A stretch of 64,000 bases of DNA from Octopus vulgaris. Its lineage: Eukaryota. The translations under genes were made by a program, and so were the position numbers. The stretch spans positions 55,118,001-55,182,000 of the forward strand of contig OX597818.1 of NCBI GenBank assembly GCA_951406725.2, in the 5' to 3' direction. This document shows positions 12,421 through 24,427 of the stretch, piece by piece; positions within the stretch are counted from its first letter, which is position 1, and the number at the start of each line of letters is the position of its first letter. The notes under the pieces are model-generated. The model searched no databases, had not been told where the DNA came from, and saw only the letters and a list, made by a program, of their open reading frames with translations.

Positions 12421-12966
12421 TGCTTTCCATGCTGGCATGGTTTAGACAGCTTGATATGGAGCTTTTTAGCAGGGAGCTGTCCAAACTCTGATTGTCTGTT
12501 TTGGCATGGTTTCTTTGGCTGGATGCCTTTCCTAACACCAACCACTTAACAGTATGTACTGGGTGCTTTTTATGTGCCACCAGCACGGGGCTTTTTAAGT
12601 GGCACCGGTTACTGAAAGGACAAACCTTTATGTGTGCAAGTCAGTGGTTTTACTTAGCTTGATGTGCCTTATGAAGTACAGCAAATCACCACATCTCCCG
12701 GCCCCTTGTCATTTCCTCACTGAGGCCCAACATTCAAAGATCCTTTCTCAACCCTTCAGTAGAAAACAAAAGTAGTTTTTATTGCTGTTTGGCCCTAGGT
12801 CTACCCTAATTAGTAAAGCTATGATCAGATCTTCTAGACATGACTACCAGTAATTGTTTTTTCTGTTTTCAGGCATTATGTACAAATCATATATATATAT
12901 AAATTTTCTTTTGTAATGAGATAAAAAAATCAAGGCTGTATAGATTTTAGAACATTTATAAATAGG

Positions 12967-13010
12967 TCTTACAGCTGTTTCCAGGATTTTTATTATATCC
13001 CTTCATTGAA
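12967..13010 (-). ncRNA. Degenerate hammerhead motif with palindromic stem III
   Basis: Minus strand reads UUCAAUGA A GGGAU-AUAAUAAAA-AUCCU G GAAA CAGCUG UA AGA. The first core box is decayed; ACAGCUGU is a palindrome. Confidence 0.45.
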
Positions 13011-13174
13011 TAGTTAATTTAGATAAGATACAAAATAGAGAGTGAGGTGGACGAAAGAATATAGATGTGAGATATGTAGGAATATTGTATTTGGAATTCA
13101 ACTATGGTCTATCTATAGCACTTATTCAGCATTACCTGACACTATTGGGTCTCAATGACACCACTACCTCTCAT

Positions 13175-13246
<72 letters not shown>

Positions 13247-14352
13247 CATTATTTTTATACTGGTAGGGTCTTATTTTAAGAGAAGTTTTATATGCATGGC
13301 CATGTGGGTAAAAGTCTGCTTTCCAACCACATGGTTCTGGGTGCAGTTCCACTGTGTGGCATCTTGGACAAGTATCATCAATGACCTTGGGGTGATCAAA
13401 GCTTTGGGAGTGGATTTGGTAGACGGAAACTGAAAGAAGCTTGCTGTGTATATACATACATATATTTTTATATATTACACTCTTGGAGTGGTTGGCACAT
13501 TAGGAAGGGCATCCAGCTGTAGACACCAAAACAGCTTATCAGTTTCAGTCAAATTGTCTAACCCATGCCAGCACGGAAAGCAGACACAAAATGATGTTAA
13601 TGATATGTGTGTATGTGTTTGTGTCCCACATGTGTACATGTTTGTGTCCAACCATTGCTCGACAACCATTGTTAGTTTGCTTATGTCCCTGTCACCTAGC
13701 AGTTTGGCAAAAAGAGTTCAATAGAATAAGTACCAATTTTTGAAAGAAAAGTATATACTGGGATTGATTCATTTAACCAAGAAATTCTTCAAAGCAATGC
13801 TCCAGCATGGCTGTAGTCTAATGACTGAAACAAGTAAAAGATACACTTTTATATATATATATATATATATATATAAATCATCATTTAATGTCCCCTTTTT
13901 TCCCTGCTGGCATGGGTTGAATGGGTCAGTAAGAACAGACAAGCCAGAGGGCCATACCAGATTCTATTGTTTGCTTTGGCAATATTTTTTGCAGCTTGAT
14001 GCCCTTCCTAACACCACCCCCTAAACAGTATACTGGGTACTTTTTATGTATTGGGTTGTCTGGAAAGTTCATGCCAATTTTTTAAAGGGAAGAAACTACT
14101 TGGTAAAATTATTAATTATTTATTAATTAATTAATTTTACCCTTTATTATTGTTGAAGATATATATATATGTATATATCAATGTGTGTGTCTTTGCGTCC
14201 AATAGAATAAGCATTAGGCTTAAAAAATAAATCCACTTTGTTCGACTGAAACCCTTTGAGTTGGTGCTCCAGCATGGCCACAGTCAAATGACCGAAACAA
14301 GTAAAAGAACACACACACACATATATATATATTATATACACACACATACACC

Positions 14353-14400
<48 letters not shown>

Positions 14401-14814
14401 AAAGTGGTTCAAAAAGTAATGTGGTTTTTAATTGCATTACTTTCTGACTCTTCCTCCTATGTGTGTGTGTATATAATTATATGTATGTATAATTGTGTGT
14501 GTGTGTGTGTGTATATAATTATGTGTATGTATGTATAATTGTGTGTGTGTGTTTAGATTCCCCTTTTTTTGCTGGGGTACACAGAACGATGGAAAGAATT
14601 AAGGGAAGAAACCTCCCCCCGCTGTCTGCTGTCTGTCTCCTCCTGTGCCTGAGTCCTCTTCCTCCTCCCTCCTTCCCCTTATCTCACATTAAAGAATAAA
14701 ACATCAAAACACAGGAGATGATGGGAAGGGTTAAGGAGGAGGAGGAGGAAGAGGACAAGATAGCTTCTTGCAGTAGATTCCCAACTAGGAGGAAATTGTT
14801 CTACTCCAGGCCCC

Positions 14815-14847
<33 letters not shown>

Positions 14848-15016
14848 AACTATACAGACCATCTTCCCTACCACCGCCACCACCTACCATCAGCCATCTT
14901 TGTGATATGTCCTTGTAATGTTGCCTCATTCATCACACTTGTGGCAAATAAATTGTGTGTATATGTGTATGACTGTTTGGATATGTGTATATGTAATACA
15001 TAATACACACACACAC

Positions 15017-15060
<44 letters not shown>

Positions 15061-15062
<2 letters not shown>

Positions 15063-15444
15063 TGCAGGAGTGGCTATGTGGTAAGTAGTTTGCTAACCAA
15101 CCACATGGTTCCGTGTTCAGTCCCACTGCGTGGCATCTTGGGCAACTGTCTTCTACTATAGCCCCGGGTCGAACCAATGTCCTTGTGAGTGGATTTGGTA
15201 GACGGAAACTGAAAGAAGCCCGTCGTATATATATATATATGTTTGTGTGTCTGTGTCTGTCTCCCAACATCACTTGACAACCGATGCTGGTGTGTGTACG
15301 TCCCTGTAACTTAGCGGTTCGGCAAAAGAGACCGATAGGATAAGTACTGGGCTTTACAAAGAATAAGTTTCGGGGTCGATTTGCTCGACTAAAGGCGGTG
15401 CTCCAGCATGGCCGCAGTCAAATGACTGAAACAAGTAAAAGAGT
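15061..15444 (+). mobile_element. SINE family A, full length
   Basis: Complete head, CORE-like domain, internal (TA)n and tail. Confidence 0.9.
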
Positions 15445-15989
15445 ATATATATATATATATATTATATACACACACATACGAATATGTGTATATGTGAGTG
15501 TGTATATATATATATTTTTGTTTGTGTATTTACATGTAAGTGTGGGTGTATATATATGTATGCTTGTATCTGTGTGGACATTAATGTATACACACACACA
15601 CACACTCACACACACACATCCCCTCCAGTGGACCCTAAGCTCCTTGATATCTCCTTCCTATCTTTATCATTCAAACTTCTTTCTCTCTCGCTTTTCCCTT
15701 CTCTTTTCTCCCCCTCCTCTCCCCACTCCCTCCATTTCTTATCTCCACCAACCCCGTCCCCACCCACAGTCATCTCCTGCAGTCATAACTTGTTCTCTGT
15801 ACCATGCATCATAAATTTGTTTCGTAAACGCACACAGATGTATACAGGGTGATTGAAAAATAACCCCCTATTTTTAAATATTTATAATTTATTTATTAAC
15901 TATAGGTACACGAGTGGCTGTGTGGTAAGTAGCTTGCTTACCAAGCACATAGTTCCAGGTTCAGTCCGACTGCGTGGTACCTTGGGCAG

Positions 15990-16204
15990 TCCATCGCAGC
16001 GTTACTCAAGAAACAGGAAGAAAGAGTGAGAGAAAGTTGGGGCGAAAGAGTACAACAGGGGTGCCCACCACCCTCTGCTGGAGCCTCGTGGAGCTTTAGG
16101 TATTTTCGCTCAATAATCACACACAACGCCCAGTCTGGGAATCGAAACTACGATCCTCCGACTGTGAGTCCGCTGCCCTAACCACTGGGCCATTGCACCT
16201 CCAC
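15990..16204 (-). mobile_element. SINE family C (5' part), fused to a family A head at 15905-15990 in the opposite orientation
   Basis: Reverse complement of GTGGAGGTGCAATGGCCCAGTGGTTAGGGCAGCGGAC... Confidence 0.75.
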
Positions 16205-16598
16205 GGGTAAAATATTATTATTACTTTTAATCTGGTGTTTTAAGCATAAATTATTGATAGGTGGTTTTAATTTTTATCACTTTAACTCTATTATTATTAT
16301 CATATAGCTGTTGGAATATACCACCTTTGTTTGGTAAATAAATTAAGGTGACAATTTGATGAACGGTTTTAATTTAGATTACTTTCAAACAAGCAGTCTC
16401 AGACTGGATGGTATCAAAATGGTTAAAGCAGTATAACAGCATCTTACCACTGAAAATCAGCTATGACTGACCTATATACTATGGGCCAAGATAGCTAATC
16501 AGGCAGGTGTTATGCAAATCATGTTTGCCAGGTTCATGTCACTTGTCTCCAATGATCATCGCTGCCAAATTAGTAAATTCTGGATTATCACGGTTTCA

Positions 16599-17155
16599 CC
16601 CCTTAGCATTTAAACCAGCCATAACCAGCCAAAATATTTTACCTGTTTTTATGTTTACCGCATCGCCTTACTGGCACTTGTGCTGGTGGCACGTGAAACA
16701 TTCGATCGAGGTCGTCACCAGTGCCGCTGGACTGGCTCCTGTGCAGGTGGCACATAAAAAGCACCATTTGGGCATGGCCATTGCCAGTACCACCAAACTG
16801 ACTCTCGTGCCAGTGGCACGTAAAAGCACCCACCACACTCTCGGAGTGGTTGGCATTAGGAAGGGCATCCAGCTGTAGAAACTCTGCCAGATTAGATTGG
16901 AGTCTGGTTTGCTAGACCTCAGTCAAATCGTCCAACCCATGCTAGCATGGAAAGTGGGCGTTAAATGATGATGATGATGATGATGATGTTCAAGCAAGTC
17001 AGATCTGGCCTTTCACACCTGTCCTACAATGTCATTCTAAACATAAACCACCACATCATCAAAATCTTGAAGCCACAAGATAATGCATGAGTGATTCAAA
17101 ACAATGTGAATAAGTAAGGAATACACATAACAGAGTAAATCTGAACACTAAAGGG
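16599..17155 (+). mobile_element. piggyBac-like MITE (family G2) interrupted by a family D element at about 16656-16990
   Basis: CCCCTTAGCATTTAAACC...CTAAAGGG ends, homologous to 52372-52820. The D insert ends in (ATG)n. Confidence 0.65.
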
Positions 17156-17566
17156 TTATATAAATTAACATGTTGTGTGTGGGTGTACATACATTTCCTA
17201 TGAACAAATGATGCAGTGGCTCAGTGCTTTCAAATTCCTTTGCAATGAAAAGCAAAATTCGCTTGGAAAGACAAGGGCAAACATCAGTTGCTGTCTAGCA
17301 TTCATTTGATGCACACCTCAGCTCGAATTAGCCATGATTTCCCTTGAATCTCCAGTGGGGGAAAAATAGTTTGGGTTTATGAACATTTCGAGTGACAAAT
17401 GGCCTTCAGGAACAACCTACAAAAACGAAAGTTTCACTATATATTCAAATACAGTTGCATTTCATGTGATATCTTCATATGTGCATTGTATATATACAAA
17501 ATGTAACCACATGTGAATTGTTGGCGATTTTCTTCCTCTGTTTTTCCTTCTATTTGACTTTCATCT

Positions 17567-17602
17567 GTTTCCGAAGAAGAGCGTTTGCTCAAAACATTAA
17601 AC
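17567..17602 (+). ncRNA. Degenerate hammerhead motif related to H1 (CCGAAGA core, GAAA mutated to AAAA)
   Basis: GUUU CCGAAGA A GAGC-GUUU-GCUC AAAA CA UU AAAC. Confidence 0.45.
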
Positions 17603-17695
17603 CACCTTTCTTTCCTTCCCTGAGCATCTGCTAATACTTCACATGTACCACGTCCTCGCATTGCTGTTTTTTTTTTGTATGTGTGTGTGTGTGTG

Positions 17696-17738
<43 letters not shown>

Positions 17739-17764
17739 ATGTGTAAATATATATATATATGTGT

Positions 17765-18149
17765 TCTTTTACTTGTTTCACTCATTTGACTGTGGCCATA
17801 CTGGAGCACCACCTTAGAGGGTTTTAGGTGAAGAAATCGACCTAGTACTTATTCCGTCGGCCTCTTTTGCTGAACTGCTAAGTTATGGGGACGTAAACAC
17901 ATCAGCATTGGTTGGCAAGCGATGGGGTAGGGCACAAACTCAGACACAGACACACTTGCATAAATACACACACACACACATATGTGAGTCTTCGTGATAA
18001 ATAGATGCATGACAGGCTTCTTTCAGTTTCCGTCCACGAAGTCCACTCACAAGTAGAAGACACTTGCCACAAGGTACCACGCAGTGGGACTGAACCCGGA
18101 ATAGTGTGGTTGGGAAGCAAGCTTCTTACCACACAGCCACGCCTGTGCC
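17765..18149 (-). mobile_element. SINE family A copy
   Basis: Reverse complement of the family A consensus. Confidence 0.85.
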
Positions 18150-18174
18150 TATATACATATATATATCTGGTCTC

Positions 18175-18414
18175 CGTGACATGAGTAAAAGATTCGAGCG
18201 AGGTCGTTGCCAGTACCACCTGACTGGCCCCCGTACCGGTGGCACGTAAAAGCACCCACTACACTCTCGGAGTGGTTGGCGTTAGGAAGGGCATCCAGCT
18301 GTAGAAACTCTGCCAGATCAAGATTGAAGCCTGGTGCAGCCATCTGGTTCGCCAGCCCTCAGTCATTCGTCCAACCCATGCTAGCATGGAAAGCGGACGT
18401 TAAATGATGATGAT
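18175..18414 (+). mobile_element. Family D retroposon (RTE-type 3' end, (ATG)n tail)
   Basis: GGTTGGCGTTAGGAAGGGCATCCAGCTGTAGAAAC...CAACCCATGCTAGCATGGAAAGCGGACGTTAAATGATGATG. Confidence 0.8.
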
Positions 18415-18505
18415 TATATATATATATATAATGGTGTCCCAGCATGCCCATTGCCTCTGGCTGAAGGCAATAACAATATAGGAGTGTGTTTAGGTAAATA
18501 TGATT

Positions 18506-18565
<60 letters not shown>

Positions 18566-18707
18566 TTTTCTCTCTGTGTGTGAAATGAAATTATACGCAC
18601 GTACATATTACCTTTATCTTTCTGGCTCGTTGCTTGGCTCCTGCATATATTTCCAGTTCCAACGAACTCTTTCTGCCTGGCCGGCGATTCTCATTCATTG
18701 TTTTCAC

Positions 18708-18749
<42 letters not shown>

Positions 18750-18842
18750 TTGTGTCTGTGTACGAGCGAAAGAGAAAGAGAGAATGTGTGGGTATGTGCA
18801 TGTTTTCTATAAAAACCCGTTGAAGAGGGTTTTATATTCTCC

Positions 18843-18884
<42 letters not shown>

Positions 18885-19014
18885 ATTCAGATTTTTCTAT
18901 TACATACGTACATCTATGTATATGTATCTACACAGACACAAATATATTTGTTGAATCATACACACATACATGTGTGTATCTAGCTATCTATCTCTCTATC
19001 TATCTATCTATCTA

Positions 19015-19072
<58 letters not shown>

Positions 19073-19352
19073 GATGCTAGTGTTGAATGAGATTATTATA
19101 TGTTTATTATACACGCCACACACACACACATATATACACACGTTCTATTTTCAAATATTTCAGCCGTTTGCAGTTATCAGAGAAATGTGTCGCTTTAACA
19201 CACACACAAACTAACAAATGCAAGCGTCATAACATCGCACAGAGGGTCTCCCCGCCTGCTAGAAACAACAGTCTCGGTTTAATATTTCTATATAAAGCAT
19301 ATAAGATTTAAGTGAAATTAGAGAAATAAAAGGCAATGCAATTACAACACAG

Positions 19353-19770
19353 GGATCTTTTCGGTTTGACCGGCAGTTTTTTAAAATAATTTCCACATAA
19401 CTAAAAACTTTTAAACTTCGTATACTGGTAGAATGTGTTTATAAAACATCTTTTTCTCTTGGCTTTATTGAGAAAATTCTATAGTTTATAATATATTTGT
19501 TGGGTTTTTTTCTTCAATTTCTGCAATTCAACCAATCAATGATGTCTATTGAGGTAAAAAAAAAAGCATTCTGTGCTGTATGAATATGTCCCTCGTTTAA
19601 GAAACAGATTGGGTTTATTTACATTTGTGAAGAAAAAAAAGATACCCTTGCCCCCACCCCTAACCCTAAAACAGATTGAAATGCAATAGATCGATACTGG
19701 GATCATAATTATGGGTGAAAATTTCATATGACACCGCTAGAAAAAACTGCCGTTCAGACCGAAAAGATCC
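19353..19770. mobile_element. MITE family F, complete, with TIRs of about 30 bp
   Basis: GGATCTTTTCGGTTTGACCGGCAGTTTTTT ... AAAAAACTGCCGTTCAGACCGAAAAGATCC. Confidence 0.85.
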
Positions 19771-20092
19771 GACACTTTATTTCACTCAGCCGTAGAAATA
19801 TGTTGCAAGGAGTCACTGGTGCCAAGCTGTATCGGTCCCTTTGCCTTTCTCTTGGATAACACCGGCCCCGTGCAGAGGGGGAGACTGGTACGCATGGGTG
19901 ACTGCTGGTCTTCCATGAACAACCTTACTCGGACTTGTGCCTCGGTGGGTAACTTTCTAGGTGCGACCCCATGGTCATTCGTGACCGAGGGTGGGGCCCT
20001 TACCTTTACCCTTTACAAATACGCAGACATATACACAAACACACATGCATGTATATTTAAATTATGAGGTTTAATAATTCTATAGATACAAA

Positions 20093-20229
20093 CACTAGCG
20101 TAGCTAGGGTGGTGGGGCAGTAGGGGCGGCACTTTTGGGTCTGTTGTAGGTAGTATGTGTTTTTTTTAGGGTCCGGGGTGGCAAACGGAAGGGCCGTCCT
20201 GGGCAACAAACACTCTACCTACACTAGTG
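20093..20229. mobile_element. Small hAT-like MITE
   Basis: Imperfect TIRs CACTAGCGTAGCTAG / CTACCTACACTAGTG and 8-bp TSD GATACAAA / GATACAGA. Confidence 0.6.
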
Positions 20230-20750
20230 GATACAGAATATGCATACATCTATTGATACATACACATTCAAGCACGTAAATGTGGTTGTGCGGTAAGCAA
20301 TTTGCTTCCCGACCACATGGTTTCGGTTTCAGTCCCAATGCGTGGTAATTTGTGCGTTTTCTACTTTAGCGCAGGGTTATATCGGTTCAGCAAAAGATAT
20401 CGATAGAATAAGTGCCAGGCTTTACAAAACTGAAGTACTGGGGTGGATTTGCTCGACTAAAATAGCAACTACCGCTTGCCAACCGGCGTTGGCGTGTTTA
20501 ATGATCTCTGTAACTTAGCGGTTCGCCAGTAGAAGCCTGGAAGAAAAAGTAACAGTGCTTCTATAAAATATATATGTGTGTGTGTATACACGTTTATATA
20601 TTTGTTTTGCAAGATTCTTGATGTGAAATCGTGTGTTGAAACAGATGTTGTTGTATTTAGGAATGGTCATGTTGCCAGTTTAGTCAATAAAAACAAAATG
20701 GCTGACCGTTAGTAAGGAGAGACACACAAATAAGAAAGAAGAAAGCAAAG

Positions 20751-20794
20751 GACCACTGATGAGGTCACAGAAGTGTGACGAAAGAACTCTGGCC
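20751..20794 (+). ncRNA. Type I hammerhead ribozyme motif, family H3 (intact core)
   Basis: GACCA CUGAUGA G GUCACA-GAAG-UGUGAC GAAA G-AA-C UC UGGCC: stem I 4/5 bp, 6-bp stem II, minimal stem III, CUC cleavage triplet. Confidence 0.75.
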
Positions 20795-21029
20795 GAAATA
20801 AGATTAAGATTAATGTAAAAAATAAATAAAGCTGAAGCAAAGTAACACCAAATATATAGTGCGTGTGTTTTTATTGGGTAAACTGGCAACATGACCATTC
20901 CTAAATACAACAACAACATATATATATATATAACGGGAAGGTTTACGAACATAAACAAAAGACGAAGGCAGGTCGAGTACAAACAAACAATTGTATTAAT
21001 ATGGCGCTCAGGAATAGAAATAAAACAAG

Positions 21030-21067
21030 TCTTTTATGTTTCGAGCCTACGCTCTTCGACAGAAAGA
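21030..21067 (-). ncRNA. Hammerhead-like motif, family H1 (variant core CUGUCGA), within a repeat at about 20933-21140
   Basis: Minus strand reads UCUUU CUGUCGA A GAGC-GUAG-GCUC GAAA CA UA AAAGA. Confidence 0.55.
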
Positions 21068-21146
21068 TACACAGAAAAGAAACACGGAGAGAAACAAGGA
21101 GAGAAAAAAATGCGTGCAGGAGCTAACGATTCAACATGGCGTTATA

Positions 21147-21520
21147 TCTTTATATATAAAAGAGAAGTTGTGTGTCTGTCTCCTATGATTTAGATTCCTA
21201 ACTACTCCCACATTTTGCGGTGCAGTTTAACCAAAACCGGGTATCTTATAGTCGTGATTCATATCGAGCCCTTCTGGGTATTAGCGCGCGTCTACGATAA
21301 AAAAAAAATTACCATCATTTTTTTCCATTTTAATGCATTTTTTCGCTATTATTTAAGGGAAATAACTCTCTAAAAATGTCTACGATGAGTCAACGATTTA
21401 AAAAAAAAATTTACCATCATTTTTTTCCATTTTTAATGCATTTTTTTGCTATAACTCTCTAAAAATGCTTATATAGTTATTTCCCTTACAAACCCGAGCA
21501 ACGCCGGGCGATACTGCTAG
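21147..21520 (+). mobile_element. Non-autonomous Helitron
   Basis: 5' TC after A, 3' CTAG before T, subterminal hairpin CCCG-AGCAACGC-CGGG, and an internal duplicated segment. Confidence 0.75.
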
Positions 21521-22307
21521 TATATATATATATATAAGCACTGGGGTTGATTCGATTGACTAAAAATCTTCAAGGCAGCGCTCCAGTATGGCCACAATGT
21601 AATGGCTGAAACAAGTAAAAGATGAAAGGCAAAAAATAAAAAAAAAACATCGCATAAATGTACATGGCTACGTATGTCTCAATAAATGAATGTGTGTGTG
21701 TGAGTATTTGTCCCATCATTCGTCTGTGTGTGTGTGTATGCGTTTGTACACGGTCGTACATTCAGACAAAGACACAACATTATTTATTCATACACATTTA
21801 TTCATACACATTTATTCATACACATTCATGCAACTACCAAGTCCATAGACAAATATGTAAATACATACACATATACACACACGTATACATACGTACGCAG
21901 TCCACTTTCTGATCAGGCGGTTTACTAGTCAAACATGTAAAAAGCGTCGAGAGTTTCTTTCTGTGAAAGACGAGAGAAAGTATGTTAAAATGAAATAGTT
22001 TTATTTGCTTGGCAGTTTTCATTCATAAAAAACATTTACATTCATAAAATTTATAAAAAGAATGTAGGTCTTTGTACGCCTTGCTTTCTCTTGCAGTTTT
22101 CTCTGTTCAGTAAGCTCACCCTTGTGTATACAATACAAACTTTATACACATGTATCTGCGTGTGTTTCTGTCTGTCTGTCTGTATATAGCATATATGCAT
22201 ACATACATACATACATACATACATACATACATGCATGCATGCATGCATACATACATACATACATACATACATACGTGTGTATGTATATATATATATATAT
22301 ATATATA

Positions 22308-22542
22308 CCGGAGTAAACACATAAATGTGAAACAAGGTGGAAAAAAGAGTACTCAAATACCAGTGGTAGAGTAATATGCTTTATTTAAAGTAGCAGAAAA
22401 TACAACAAAACCTGTTACTCTGAGTTTCACGTTCCCGTTCGTCGGGCAGTTTTTGCTAGAAAAAACTGTCCGACGAACGGGAACGTAAAACTCAGAGTAA
22501 CAGGTTTTGTTGAATTTTCTGCTGCTTTAAATAAAGCATATA
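22308..22542. repeat. Fold-back element in (TA)n with two divergently oriented family H2 hammerhead motifs (22412-22449 minus, 22466-22503 plus)
   Basis: Near-perfect inverted arms at 22374-22454 and 22461-22542. Consensus of the arms is CUGU CCGACGA ACG-GGAA-CGU GAAA CUC-A-GAG UA ACAG. Confidence 0.8.
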
Positions 22543-22562
22543 TATATATATATCTATATATC

Positions 22563-22594
<32 letters not shown>

Positions 22595-22607
22595 AAATAT
22601 ATATATA

Positions 22608-22809
22608 CTCTTTTACTTGTTTCAGTCATTTGACTGCGGCCATGCTGGAGTACCACCTTTAATCGAACAAATCGACCCCCAGGACTTATTCTTTGTAAGC
22701 CTAGTACTTATTCTATCAGTCTCTTTTTTGCCGAACCACTAAGTTACGGGGACGTAAACACACCAGCATCGGTTGTCAAGCGATGTTTGGGGGGGGGGAC
22801 AAACATATG

Positions 22810-22843
<34 letters not shown>

Positions 22844-22932
22844 GATACGAAGGGCTTCTTTCAGTTTCCGTCTACTAAATCCACTCAATGCTTTGGTCGG
22901 CCCGAGGCTATAGTAGAAGACACCTGTCCAAG
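22608..22932 (-). mobile_element. SINE family A, 5'-truncated
   Basis: Reverse complement of the family A body and tail. Confidence 0.85.
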
Positions 22933-23164
22933 GACAGATGAAGGTGATCAAGCGTCAGAAGTACACTTAGGGTACACGAAGGTGAGGGAGATAGGGGTAG
23001 AGGATTTAGTAAACGAAGACACTTAGCGTTATTGAGGATCTATCATGGTTAATGGGGGACACAGATGCCTCGTGCTGTATTGTGGAACGCATCTTGACTG
23101 CAACTGATTGAAAGAGACAACAGGGAAATTCAATATGAAAATATTTGGGAATTCCGATTAAGAT

Positions 23165-23391
23165 ATTTATTTCTTTATTGCCCACAGAGGGCTAAACATA
23201 GAGGAGGCAGGCAAACGGATTAAGTCGATTACATCGACCCCAGTGCGTAACTGGTACTTTATTTAATTGACCCCGAAAGGATGAAAAGCAAAGTCGACCT
23301 CGGCGGAATTTGAACTCAGAACGTAACGGCATACGAAATACTGATAAGCATTTCGTCCGGCGTGCTAACGATTCTGCCAGTTCGCCGCCTT
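23165..23391 (-). mobile_element. SINE family B copy
   Basis: Reverse complement of the family B consensus. Confidence 0.85.
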
Positions 23392-23803
23392 GACCGTTTA
23401 GGATATTATCATCGTCATCAACATTTAAGGGTGCTCCGTGAAAGTAGTTGAACAAGTTACCTTACACGTCAGTGGAGGGTAAATAAAAAAGTTTAAAAGA
23501 TTTTTTTTTCTTAATCGAAGAGAGATGAGAGTCTTGACTAATATTTGGGCAAAAATGAATTTTATATTTTCAGGTGTGCAAGGATTGCAAGGCTCGTTAC
23601 ATTTTAAGTATAAATTACATACAAACATACGTGTGTGTGAAGTTTCTAATTTAGAGGCATAACCAGCAACTTTAGGAGGGGGAGAGGAACTGATTCCATC
23701 GACCACAGCACTGCAAGGCATTTTGTCTCACCCTCTGACGATTCTGCCAATCCACCGCCCTCACACACATACGTGTGTGTGTGTGTATATATATATAAGC
23801 TGT

Positions 23804-24093
23804 GTGGAGGTGCAATGGCCCAGTGGTTAGGCAGCGGGCACGCGGTCGTAGGATCGCGGTTTCGACTCCCAGACCGGGCGTTGTGTTTATTAAGCGAAAA
23901 CACCTAAACTTCCACGAGGCTCCGGCAGTGGGTGGTGGCGATCCCTGCTGTACTCTTTCGCCACAACTTTCTCTCACTCTTTCTTCTTATCGCTTAGTCA
24001 GCAGGGTGGCGTCATTTGAAGGCTAAAACAATGCGAATGCATTGTGACCAGTGATGTGTAGCAACATCTGATAGCTTGGTCGGTAACGGTGAT
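23804..24093 (+). mobile_element. SINE family C variant
   Basis: GTGGAGGTGCAATGGCCCAGTGGTTAGG tRNA head. Body shared with the 11012 copy, different tail. Confidence 0.75.
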
Positions 24094-24099
24094 ATAAGG

Positions 24100-24427
24100 T
24101 GTGTATCTTTGTGGTTAGGGTATTCGATTCACAATCTTAATGTCGTGAGTTCAATTCCCGGCGGCGCGTTGTGTCCTTGAGCAAGACACTTTATTTCACG
24201 TTGCTCCAGTCCACTCAGCTGGCAATAACGAGTTGTACCTCTATTTCAGATCGGTCAGCCTTGTCACACACTCTGGCTCACGTTGAGTCTCTCCCTGAGT
24301 ACTACGTTAATGGTATACGTGTCTGTGGAGCGGGTGTTCAGCCACTTGCAGGTTAATTTCACGAGCAGGTTGTTCCGTCGATCACATCAACTGCAACCCT
24401 CGTCGTCGTAACCGACAGGGTGCAAGT
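24100..24427 (+). mobile_element. tRNA-derived SINE family E
   Basis: GTGGTTAGGG...GAGTTCAATTCCC...TGTGTCCTTGAGCAAGACACTTTATTTCAC. Related copies at 44885, 47990, 57665 and 62001. Confidence 0.8.

Noticed and set aside
12062-12586. Recurrent short ORFs ([42 protein letters not shown]) as a gene family
   Set aside because: They are translations of SINE A and family D consensus sequence.
22935-23120. Possible LINE coding fragment on the minus strand
   Set aside because: Only vague similarity with stop codons; no diagnostic motif.
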